Shown here piece by piece: positions 52,702 to 64,000 of a stretch of DNA of 64,000 bases; within the stretch, counting starts at the first letter, position 1; the number at the start of each line of letters is the position of its first letter. The notes below the pieces were generated by a model, which saw nothing but the letters and a program-made list of their open reading frames with translations, was not told where the DNA came from and made no database searches. The stretch is from Monocercomonoides exilis PA203 (Eukaryota > Protista > Preaxostyla). The translations under genes and the position numbers were made by a program. The stretch is taken from positions 744,001 through 808,000 of the forward strand of contig LSRY02000021.1 of the NCBI GenBank assembly GCA_001643675.2, in the 5' to 3' direction.

Positions 52702-55204
52702 AATCTAGAAATTAAATATGTGGAAAAGTTAAAATAATCACGAAATAAAGCAATTAACAATTATTTTTATTAGAAATATATTTATTCACAAGTTTATTAA
52801 ACAAACGAGGTATATAGTGCAAATAGTTTTTTATTTAATGTTTCAATTATTAATTTGATTATTTGTTTGCTGGATGCCTCAGGAAAAAAAGAATAAACAT
52901 GATCTACATACCATATTGTTTTGTTTTCTGAAAAAAAAACTATCAAAACAAAAGTCATCATAATTACCAGACAAACAATATAAAGAAATCAAAGTGTGCA
53001 GTGAACAAAAATTATTTTCGATAATTATGCATAAAAAAAAATTAACGAAGATAAGAACAATTTTGGATTTTCATTATTCGTAAAAAAAATGGACATTGAT
53101 GAAATTACTGGACAAATTGTTTCAAATTCTTGTTCATTTGTAATTTGTTGTTAATTCTTTTCAAAATTTTTCAATTTCAAATATTTATTTGCGACAACAA
53201 TGAATTTTCACTATACAACAGGAAATTGCCTCACACAAGTTTTTTAAAAAAGAATTAGAATGAGTAATAATTTGAGAAAAAATAAAGACGTTTTGAAATC
53301 AGAAAATTTTTTTATTCATGTGACTTGATCAGTTTTGTTTGATTCCAATTTTTATAAATACTCTATTAGTGTGATTATTCATGAAATCATGACTTTTTTC
53401 GGAGCACAGATTTAAAAAATGTTGTTTGTCATTGAGAAGTGCTTTTGAATTCAAATTGAAAATTTCTCACAATTGTTTTTGATTGAAATGTATCAGCTGA
53501 ATTAAAGAAGAGGATGTCTTTTTTGAGCCTTTAAACTTTTCAGTGATCATTTGGGGGAAAATATGGACTTTCAAGCTTTTTATGCACAAAGCATGAAAAA
53601 ATTGTTTCACTCATAACATTTTTAAACTCAACCAGATTTCAAAATAAATTTGATTTTCATTACTGTGAGCAAACATCATTGATATTATAACATTATGATT
53701 TGTGACTTCAAATGAATTTCAAAAAATAAATCCATTTTTATTGTGTTTTTTGGAATCAAAAAAACAATAAAAAGTGCATAATTTTTCTTTGAAAATGCCT
53801 GAAGCTAAATATTTTGCCCCATTTAATTATACACAATGGAAAATTTTGAACCGAAAATAATGTTAGAAAAATAAAAATTGCAAAAATAATAACCCAAATG
53901 AAAGTAAAAAAGAAATAATAATAAAACAAAGTTATACAATTTTCCAAGCTTTTTTAACTATTCACGCCAGCATATGTGAAAATTTAACCAATATTTGAAT
54001 AAATAAAATTGACCAAAGATTCATTTCTATATTGATAATTTTTCTTCCTGTCAAAAGTGAATCGAAAAAATTTTTTGAAACATGTTTTTCTTCTTCATTG
54101 ACTTTGTGATAATTTAGGATGCACAACAAAAAGAATTTCAAAGAATGAAGTTTTTTTTTCAAGTGATTATTTTTGATAACATAACTTTTTTTGAGGTAAT
54201 TGTTTGATGGTTTTATGTCCTGACTTGTTAATTTTCATTCAGAAATAGATTTCTTTGAAATTTCAAAAAAGACAACGTTAAAGATGAGTGTTTGATTAAA
54301 TAATTTTTAAATTGAGTTTTTTCTTTTTTGTATTAACAAACACATGAAAAGTAATTAAGATATATTTGAAATATTTTTATGAAGAAATACGACAGAAAAA
54401 AATAACCACACACATAAAAAAAATAGTTGTCGAAAACTTCATCCATATTTGTGAAAATTGAAAGAAAATATATGTACTCTTTTATTTTTAATGATTGAAA
54501 AAAGAATGATGTTAAAAAAAAAGTCTATTGAATGTGTAACATTTTTTTTTTCCTAACCAAAAAGCAAATGAAGCGAAAAGTGTCAAATAAAAAATATTTA
54601 AATGTCACTTTTGGAAATCAGATTTTCATGAGAGATCATTTCGATAATTTAAAGTCATTGAAAGTTGTGTTTCAGTTTATTTCTTATACAACAAAATGCT
54701 GAACAGTTTGTTTCACTCCTTGAAGATCACATTTAAAACCTAAAAAATGAAATAAAGAAAAAGGAAAAAAAGCGAATTGAAAGATTGATTTCCTATAGGA
54801 AAAGTTATTTGTCCTTTTTAGAAAATCCGAAAACAAAATATCACACTTTTAATAATAAACCCAAACTTATTTATTGCTCAACTTTTTATTTGAAAATAAA
54901 CTTTTTTTTCCTCATTTTTCTAATTCGAAATGCCTTTAAAATACATAATTCTTTCCAAAAAATAAAGCAATATATTCATTTCATTTGAATCTTTTTATTA
55001 GCAACATTTTTCCGTTTTAAATGTCTTCTTTTTTTAAACGACTTTAATTTTTTATTATTTAATTATTTTGTTGTTTCCCCATTTTCCTATCGAGATTTGT
55101 GGAGTTTTTTTTAAAAACATACAAATAATTGCGGAACGATAGTTTTATTTATGAGCATGAACAATGAATAACTCCCGTGTGAATTTGCATTTCGATAATG
55201 AAAT

Positions 55205-57417
55205 ATGGGTAAGATCAAAATTTCGATGAATAAAGAACAAGCAAACGAAGAGCCAAAAGGCGAAAATGCTAATATAAACCCCTTTGTACAAAATCCATTT
55301 TTAGTGACACAAAATGCTCAGCCAGAATCTCCATTTGCTCCAGCCATTACCCCCAAAGGTGATGGATTTTCTTCAAGTTTATCGATCTCATCATTTCCAT
55401 TGGGTACTACACCTGCTACTCCACAAAATACTCCAATGGGGGGCATTATAGACTCTAAATTTAATCCATTTGCAACAGGTAAGCATATATTTTTAACTTT
55501 GGCATATCATTTTTCTGTTCAGGATCTTCATCTCTGAGTTTTAGTAAAATTATTGCTGATACATTTAAATCTTCAACAAATTCTGCTGCACTTGTTTTGG
55601 ATACATATTCTGAAGCAGCAAAGAAGAGGATCAGAGCAATAAAGAAATTGCAAATTGAATACGATAAATTGCACAGAGAACTTATTGAAGAACGTCAAAA
55701 ACTCATAGAACGATATCAGACAGAGTACAAGCCACTGTTTGAAAAAAGATCATCAATTGTCAATGGGACATATGAACCAAAGGAAGACGAATGTTCAGAA
55801 CTTATTGAAGCAAAGCCAGAAGAAATTCCAGAAACCGATATTGTTAAGCGTCCTGATGGAACGGATAGAGGAATTCCAGACTTTTGGTTCGATGCATTAC
55901 ATAACAGCGCATTTAAACGATTGATAACATCTCGCGATGATGAAATTCTTCATTATTTGGAAGATATTCATGTTGAAGTTTCAACTATCAAATCAGACAA
56001 AGAGAAGGAAAAAGATAATGAATCTTCAACTGATGCTTCAGATAAAAAAGGTGATGACATGAATGAAGAACGAGGTCTTCAGACTATTACTGCAATAATA
56101 TTCACTTTTTCAGAAAATCCATATTTCAAAAACGAAAAGCTTGCTCGTGTTATGCATGAAGAGCGAGCAGCTGTAGGAACAAACGGCAGCGAGATTTTAA
56201 GCGAAGGAACAAAGATTGAATGGAAAGCAGGAAAGAATCCAGGAAAGATAACGTTGGATGTTTGCATGGATGAAAGCGATGACGAGGATGACAGTGATGA
56301 TGACGACGAAGACAGCAGTGAAGACGGGTCAAATAAGAAGAAGAAAGGAAAGAAAGGGCAGAACGGAGGCAAAAAACAGCCAAAGAAGAAGAAGAGCAAA
56401 GCAAAGGCCAGCAACAGAGAGAAGAAGACGTACACAGTCCGATCGATGTTTGATATGTTTTTGTCTGACGAAGATTTGGCAGAGAAAGTTGGGACGATGG
56501 AGACTGAGGAGAACGACCGAATTGACAGCTGGAGGCTCATTCACAAGGAGCTCACAAAGAAGAAGGAGAAGTACCTGAAGGAGAGACAGAAGCGCAAGGA
56601 CGCAGAGAAAAAGAAGAATAAGAAGCAAAAAGCACAAGGAAAGGGTAAAGGGAAAGGGAAAGGCAAAGGCAAAAATGGCGTGAGTGATTCAGATGATGAT
56701 TCGGATTCTGACAGCTCAGCAAGCGATGATGAGGATGATGAAGACGACATCAACTGGGAGGAAGAGATTGGGCCAGAGATGGAAGACTACAGAGACAGCG
56801 AGCTTGTGTACATGAGGGTGAAAGAGGAGGATGTGGATTACGACTTGACAAGCAGAGACAGAATCGCGTCTGTGACTGAGTTTGTGAATGGGGCATCGAT
56901 TGCGCTGGCGGAGAGGGTGTATCCGAAGGCGTATCCATACTTCACAGGAGAAGAAGAAGACGAGGATGAGGATGATGAGGAGAATGACGATGAAGACGAT
57001 GATGACTTCTTGTTTGGCGATGAAGACGATGAAGATTTTGATGGAGATATGGATGACGATGAAGAATTTGATGGTGATGATGACGATGGAGATATTGTCA
57101 TTCAAGGTCCCAAAGGAAAGAAAGGCAAAAAGAAGGGCAACAAAAACGAGATTGACTTTGAGGAATTGATCAAACAGATGTCTGCAATGGGAATGGGACC
57201 TGGAGGCAAAGGCAAAGGCAAAGGGAAAAAGGGAGGAAAAGCAAAAATTAAGGAAATTGATACTGACGAGGACAGCAAAGACGACGATTCCGATGACGAT
57301 GACGATTCAGAAGAAGAAGTAGCAGCTGGAAAGAAGGGCAAAGGAAAAGCCAAAGGAAAGCAAGGAGGAGGAGACAAGAAGTCTAATGAAGTTCCTCCTG
57401 AATGCAAAACTCAGTAA
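55205..57417 (+). CDS. NAP1: Nucleosome assembly protein 1-like histone chaperone; intron 55479-55522; start uncertain
   Basis: PLFEKR..IVNG.YEP, GIPDFW, D.EIL.YL.DI, F.FSENPYFKN..L, GT.IEWK.GKN, P.A..YFTGE, acidic tail, C-terminal PPECKTQ. Confidence 0.92.
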
Positions 57418-57624
57418 TCAATATTCAATTACTTTTTCAATTCATTTTCACCATTTTTTATGAAAAAATCGGACAATCCATAATCAAGTATTTTATTTAA
57501 TTAGTATATTAAACATTAAAATTTGAAGATGCTCATTATTAACTTTGAGTAAATATGGAATAGCGATCAAACACATTGTTACGAGTTGTGGGAATTAATA
57601 ACTTTTTTCAAAAGTTTTTCCTCA

Positions 57625-59426
57625 ATGCTACTTCTGATATTTTTGTTTTTCTTTGGAACTCATGAATGCGCAAAAAATAAGAAGAACGTTTTATTGATAT
57701 ATACAGGAGGTTTTCAATTTCTATTTAGAGTTATACGAACAATTTAAATATTTTTTGATTTTTTAAGGAACAATTGGGTATATTTTTATCAATTATTGAT
57801 TTTCCTTTATTCGTCATTCAAATTTATTTATCTGTTAAATGGCAACAATTCATTTTGCAGAATGAAAAAAGGAGCAGACGGTTCTTATTCTCCGTCACCA
57901 GGCTTTCTTAAACTTCTTATGGACAACAATACACTATTTCAAGATGAGTCAATTCCTTCGTATTCGTTTCTTGAATACGATCCACTTCTCGATTCATCGG
58001 ATATGAGACCAACAAATTGGTTTATTTGAATTTTTGCAATTTTTCGTATTATTTTGATTAATGCAAATTCTTTTAGGATTCAAATTGCTCGCTCCATTCG
58101 TGATAATTACCAAAAGTATAATGGTTTTGTCGTTATCCATGGAACAGATACTCTGACTTACACTTCATCGGCTTTATCTTTCCTCCTCACAAACATCGAC
58201 AAGCCAGTTGTTGTAACTGGCTCTCAAGTTCCAATGGTCGAAGAATATAATGATGCTGTTAATAATCTTCTTGGGTCATTATTAGTGGCCTCAAATGAGG
58301 ATGTGAAAGAAGTCACAGTGTTCTTTAAAGACTTATTGATGAGAGGAAACAGAGCTGTGAAATACTCATCTGTAAATTGGGATGGATTTGCTGTTGGAGA
58401 CAAGCATTATTTAGGAAAGTGGAATAAGAATCTAACATTAAATAAATTGGAATTACTTCCAACTCAAAAGACACCCAGTGACTCGCTTGAAAGCTACACA
58501 GATGTTTCTTTAAATGTTAGGCTTGTCATGGTCTATCCAGGACTAAGTTCCAAAGCATATCTGCAAGCAACTTCAGATGCAGATGGAATTGTTCTTATTG
58601 TGTCTGCAAATGGGTTTGCTTTTTATTTATTTATATTTTTTTTTTTAAAAATTATGAAAAAAATATTATTTCTTTTTTGTTATTTAAAAAATTCTATTAA
58701 ATATTTCAGAACACTTCCAGAAAGTGACCAAGAACTTATGAAAGCAATCAGACAAAGAGCAGTAGATGAAAAGCGAATAACTGTTATTGTCTCACATTGC
58801 TTCAACGGATACGTGGGGAATATGTACGAATCGAAGTATGGTGCGATTGGCTTGAATGATATGACTCTTGAAGCTGCATACACAAAAATGTGTTGGCTTC
58901 TCGCCAGAAAAGATTTATGTTTGCAAATTTATTTGTTTCATTTCTTTCTATTGATCTTCATTAATTTTATTAAATTTGAATTTTTTTTATTAAAATAGCA
59001 TTTGAAGATCGACAATCCTTGATGAAGATGAATATTCGTGGAGAGATGCTGACTGTGCCACTTCGTTCACTTTCACATCCAACTCCAAAGCCATTTCCAG
59101 ACTGGGCTATTGCTGTGATCATCATAGGCGTGCTATTCGTTGTCGCTGGTGTTGTTGGAGCAGTCGTAATAATCATAATGAAGAGGAGAAAAGGAGCGAA
59201 TGGCAAAGGCAAAGGGTTCATGAAAGTTGAGCCCGCTGCTTTGCAAGCACCTCCGTCTGCCTCTTCTTCTGCAGAAACAATGAAAGGCTATCCAGACTCA
59301 CAAATGCAGCAGAGCTTGGAGATGTCTCAGCCTTCGCAATATGTTGATAGCGAACTCCAACAGCAGCCAAATGTTGTTGAACAACAGTTGCCAGTTGTAA
59401 CAGCATCGCAAAGACAATTCGTATAA
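57625..59426 (+). CDS. Type I (AnsA-like) L-asparaginase with signal peptide and C-terminal TM anchor, 6 exons including a 10-nt microexon
   Basis: Spliced VLLIYTGGTIGM, PLLDSSDM, GFVVIHGTDTL, KPVVVTGSQ, RGNRAVK, DMTLEAAYTK, NIRGEM. N-terminus MLLLIFLFFFG; TM WAIAVIIIGVLFVVAGVVGAVVIIIM followed by KRRK. Confidence 0.92.
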
Positions 59427-60410
59427 ATGGCTTAGCCTCAACGCAATTTATCCAATCACATGCAATCCGAATTTTTGGCTTCTTATTGGTTGCCTGTTTT
59501 TTGGAATTTCATGAATTGTTTAAGTTGAAAGTATTTAGAATATACACCTAGTTTTTGTATTTTCATGTTTTGCTTTGATTATTTTATTTTCTGTTCATAG
59601 AATTTTTATATAGGTGATGTTTTCGTTTTTCTGATAATTCATGAAAGCTTGAAAAGTTAGCGTTCATTTATCTTTAACGAGAAATAAAGCTTTTGCCATT
59701 ATGAAGGAAGGCTTTGAATTATTGAGAGTGAGGAGGAGATTATGAAGAGGGATAAACTCAGATTTAAGTTTTGATTATTTTGTTTTTAGTTTTTTCTTGT
59801 CATTTCAATAATTTTCGATAATTTCAAAATAATCAATTTTAATTTCAAAATGGAGTCAATATGTCAGAATGAAGAGAAAATTTAACATTTCATATGGGGC
59901 AAAATTTATGCAATTATGAAATAAACTGAGATTTGTTCCGAACTTTTTCTACAATCATTTCATTATAAATCAACCGTAAAAATACAAATAATTACGGAAA
60001 ATTTTAAAAATCGAGGAAAATATTTGCTGGAGAAGAATGGAACAAAATTCATAAAGAAAAATATTTTTTTCTATATTTTTATTCATGTGAGGGGCAAAAA
60101 TGCAAAATATGAATTTCTGTAATTTTGAACAATTATTATAGAAATTCAGGTTTATGTTTAATTTATAATGACATGAAAACCAAAAAAGTTTGGAAAAAAT
60201 GAAATATTTTTGCTTTGTTTCGAAATGCTTTCAACGAATAAAGCAATAAGAACCCTAAAGGTGCCTTATCACTTTGCTATTGCTCTTGTTTCAACAAAAA
60301 AGAGAATGAGGGAAATGCGAGATGAGTCAAGAAAATTAACTTACGAAAAAACATTTGCTTGAGAAAAAAAAGTAAATTGAAAACAAAAATTGCTTATTTT
60401 GAATGCCAAA

Positions 60411-63376
60411 TCATCCATATCTTGGTACGCTTTTTTTACCTTTGACAAGTTTCATTGCTGAATAAAATGCAACAGCGTCTGGCTGTTCTTTCATCAGCTG
60501 AGACCGAAACTCTTCTTCTTTTTGCTCCTCTTCCGAAAGATACTCATCGTTCTTGCCTGTTTGCGATGCCATTAAGAAGTGACTTGAAAGCATCCCGTTT
60601 CCGCTCTCCCTCGTCTCTTTTTCCTTCCAATCAGAAAAGCCCAGCAAAAGTTGCCTCTTTGCCTCCTCTTCTGCTTCCGTCACCACATCCACCTCAGCCT
60701 GCTTGAGCTTCAAAGCAGAGTAAAGCTGCTTGTACTCATCTTTCTTCATCGCAAGCGTCTTCTGCAGCTCGTACCACTCCGAGTCAAGCGCGCCGTCGCT
60801 GCTGCCCCCTCCTTCCATTTCCCTCTTTTTCTTCTCCACCGACTGAATCAAGATGTCAATCTCCCTCTTCTTCTCGTTCACTGCTATCGCCGTCTCGCGC
60901 GCAGACACCTTCGCACTGCGGCAGTTCTCCTTCACTTCTGCGATCCTCCGCTCGCAATAGCGCCCTTCCTGCGTCTCCTTCTTGTAGTACTCAAACAGCG
61001 CCGACTCGTCCGCAACATTCTTTCCGCCTGCTCTTCCTTCGCTGCCTGCTTCACGCTCCCTCTCCTTCTCCCGCTCGCCAAAGCTGCGCGCAACCACACG
61101 CGGTGTCGAAGACCCGTAAGGTGAGCGTGACTGACGGGACAGCGAGTCCGGAGAAGCAGATGGAGAGCTCTGCGAAGAGGAAGCAGGAAACGGCGAGGTT
61201 GCGGCAGAGCCAGCGGCTGAAGTCGAAAGAAGTGTCTGCTTCAGCAGATGCGACGGGGCGCCGTCCATTGCCAGCCCCATTCCGAAGCCTGACTGTTTGT
61301 CGACTTCGCCAACACCAGTGGGAGTGGGCGACGAAGCGGTCGACGCAGAATTCGATGAAGCAGCTGGGCTTTTCAAGTCTTGGGATATTAATTGGGAGCC
61401 TATTATGGACATATAAAGAATTTATTAACAATTAAAATTTGTTTAAATAATAATAATAATAATAAATCAATCAAAATGAGTTAAAAGCAAACCATCCAGT
61501 GCGCCTTGTTGTGCTTGCAACGCAACTTCGTGGATGGCATCCGCCTTCAGCTGCCGGGCGACTGTTTTGAAGGCATTCAGCATCTCTCTCAACATCTGAA
61601 TGGTTAACGGGCGTCGATGAGGTGTCAGTTTTTTGTCTTTGATTGCGGAAGTTGATGAAGGTGTTGTTGATCCTTTGTAGAGTTAATAAAAGTGTTTCAT
61701 TCATTTTTTTAAATAAAAAATGAAAATCCATCCCACAATTTCAAGAAGTCATCGCAATTATAATGTTACGAAGATTATAAAAAGAAACATATGAATAGAT
61801 AATTCAGAAAGATACAAAATATCAATGGTAAAAAAATAAAAACTATAAAAAAAACTCAAAAAGCAAACCCATTGCAGACGAGTCAACAACTGTTTCTCTG
61901 CTATCGTCGTCGATCCCCAGCAGCTCATCCGCATCAATTTCGCCGTCAATAAACAGCCGCACGTCTTCCGCCATTTCCTTCTGCTTCTGGACAGCTGCTG
62001 CCGACGTCAGCCCTGCCGAGTCCAAAGGCGAGTAGTTCACTCTGCCCCGCCCGCACAGCGCATCGTGCATCGCCAGCTCCATCTTCAGATCTTTGATTTC
62101 TCTCTGAAGCCTCTTGATTGTCTCCGCCCCGTCGGCGCCTTCGCCCAGCTGCATGCGGACGACAGCCTCATTCTCCACCTTCATCATCCGCTCTCCAAAG
62201 CGCAGCGACGACAGCGTCTCCTCTTTGTTCTCTTCTTCGCAGCGGATGTTTGTGATCAGCACTGTTCGGCAGCTTCCCCCCAGGGAGTTTCTCAAATACT
62301 GCGTCAGCTTGGACGACCGGTATGGAATGTGGTCTCTTCTCTTGTCCCCCAGCGCGACAATCACCTGCTGCAAGTACGACAGCGACTTGTTGATTGAGCC
62401 CGTTTCGCGGATTGTCGCCTCGCTTTCCGTCCTGTCGGGCGCTCTGCCCAACTTTTCAGACCCAGCCAAGTCAACAAGTGTAATGCTAGAAGCTTTTGTA
62501 ATGCCTCTGCTGTCCACCCTTGATTTCATTTCAAGAGCGATTGTAAGGACGCAATGGGAACGCGATGAGTTATGTCCCGAAGTTGATGAAGAAGTCATGG
62601 ATGATGGTGCAGAATGTGAATTTGAAAAAGATTTGATTGATCTCTGTCCATTTCCAGCAAAAAATAGCTGAAGTGCTTCCTCTTCAGTTGTTACAATAGG
62701 CTTGCTGATTCCTCGAACAAAAACATTTCCTAAATAATAAAATTTACTTTCAATAAGTATTTATCACTTCAAAAACAACAAAATACCATCTGAAGCTTCC
62801 ATAACTTGAGGATCCCCGAAGTACTCATCATCTGGATTTGGAGGTACAACACCAGATATTAAATCTCTTATCACTTCATTATATATTTCGAAATATATTA
62901 TCCTAACTGTAACTTCGATGTCAGAGCGACTTTCGATTTCTCGAAAAACTTCAGTGATGGCTCGTGGAATGATACCTCTATATTCAAAAGAGTCTTCACT
63001 CCCAACCATTGTGTAAGTCTTTCCTGCTCCTGTTTGACCATATGCCATGATTGTGCCTATTAACCATATGCGAAAGGATGAATATCAAAAATTGTTAAAA
63101 ATTGGAAAAAAAAAATTGAAAACCGTTATATCCTTCAAAAGCCGAAGAAATCACAGGCTTACAACACGTACTGAAAACATTCTCTTGAGTGGAATTGTGA
63201 AGAATTCCCGAGTAGATAAATGGATATCGATCAATAGTTGTTCTCAGATTTGCATCTTTCTTTGCTCCCCTGAAGACTAAATCTATTTCGCTATTTTCTT
63301 GATTTATTATAATGGATTCCGTTGCAAATGCATTTGTAGGTCGAGTTCTTGCGTAGACTTTGATAGTTTCTTTCAT
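60411..63376 (-). CDS. Kinesin-9 family motor (KIF6/KIF9-like), ~5 exons
   Basis: IKVYARTRP, GYNGTIMAYGQTGAGKT, EIYNE, SSRSH, LVDLAGSE, INKSL, HIPYR.SKLT, LKMELAMHD.L.GR, C-terminal PDAVAFYSA typical of kinesin-9. Confidence 0.9.
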
Positions 63377-63863
63377 AACTTTTGAACGGCTATGAAAAAT
63401 ATGATGGGAAAATCATAAAAAACCAATGGAAAACGAATAAAAAAGAAAAAATGAATTGGAAAAAAATGAAAAAAACGTCATTAGTTTTACTCAAAAATCT
63501 CATTATTTTATTTTCTGACAATTTTAATCATTTTTTCATCAATTAAAGAAATTGAATAATTTTTTTTTCTTTGACTTATTTCTAACTTAAGTTGGAATAT
63601 AGAAAATAACCCTGGATGACGTGAAAATTTTTTCTTTATGTCCGTCACAAATTTTCTACTATTTCATTTAAAAAAAACATGTGATTGAATAGGAATATTT
63701 GCTTCCTTTTCAGTCTGGCTTTCACGCTAAAAACTTGGCTCTGTATTCGATTATTTTCTATAATTATCATCTTTTCGGTTATATGTTCCTCAAAAACATC
63801 GGGGTTTCTTCATTTTTCGTCATAAACAATAAAAACTTTTACGTTGATTATTTCTCAACTCAT

Positions 63864-64000
63864 TCAGTTGCGAGTGTTTTGGCTGCTGAATAATATTATT
63901 TCTGAGGAGGCCAAAGATCCAGTCTGCTCCACTTCTGAGTTTTCCTGTGACCCTTCTTGGTAGGTGACTGCATCGGACATGGTGAGGATCACAGCTCCTG
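63864..64000 (-). CDS. 3' end of a second giant receptor-like pseudokinase family member (partial)
   Basis: The reverse strand reads GAVILTMSDAVTYQEG...TRN*, matching GAVALTMSDAVDYE at the C-terminus of the 1-9548 gene. Confidence 0.8.
   Translation of the reverse strand, partial: GAVILTMSDAVTYQEGSQENSEVEQTGSLASSEIILFSSQNTRN

Overview
Eukaryotic, AT-rich, intron-rich protist genomic DNA. It uses the standard genetic code (genes end in TAA, TAG and TGA) and has short GT-AG introns. Gene style and the giant receptor-like family strongly suggest an oxymonad such as Monocercomonoides (inference, not verified). About 17 protein genes are visible: a giant intronless Pmp-like repeat/TM/pseudokinase gene with one in-frame TAG (plus the 3' end of a paralogue at the right edge), a pseudokinase-ARM protein, a UBA protein, SCYL1/Cex1, RPS27a, NOP2, SMN, tRNA isopentenyltransferase, a vWA-TM-fibre-like protein, CMTR1, serine O-acetyltransferase, a rhodanese-DSP phosphatase, NAP1, L-asparaginase and kinesin-9. 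The most notable observations are: (1) RPS27a whose ubiquitin moiety is reduced to a 16-aa leader that keeps only LRLRGG; (2) a type I asparaginase with a signal peptide and C-terminal TM anchor, whose catalytic Thr lies in a 10-nt microexon; (3) a bacterial-type CysE with an N-terminal TM and an ~800-aa tail; (4) a DSP catalytic domain split by kilobase-scale poly-Ser inserts. No rRNA, tRNA or CRISPR was recognised. Exon boundaries were inferred by eye.
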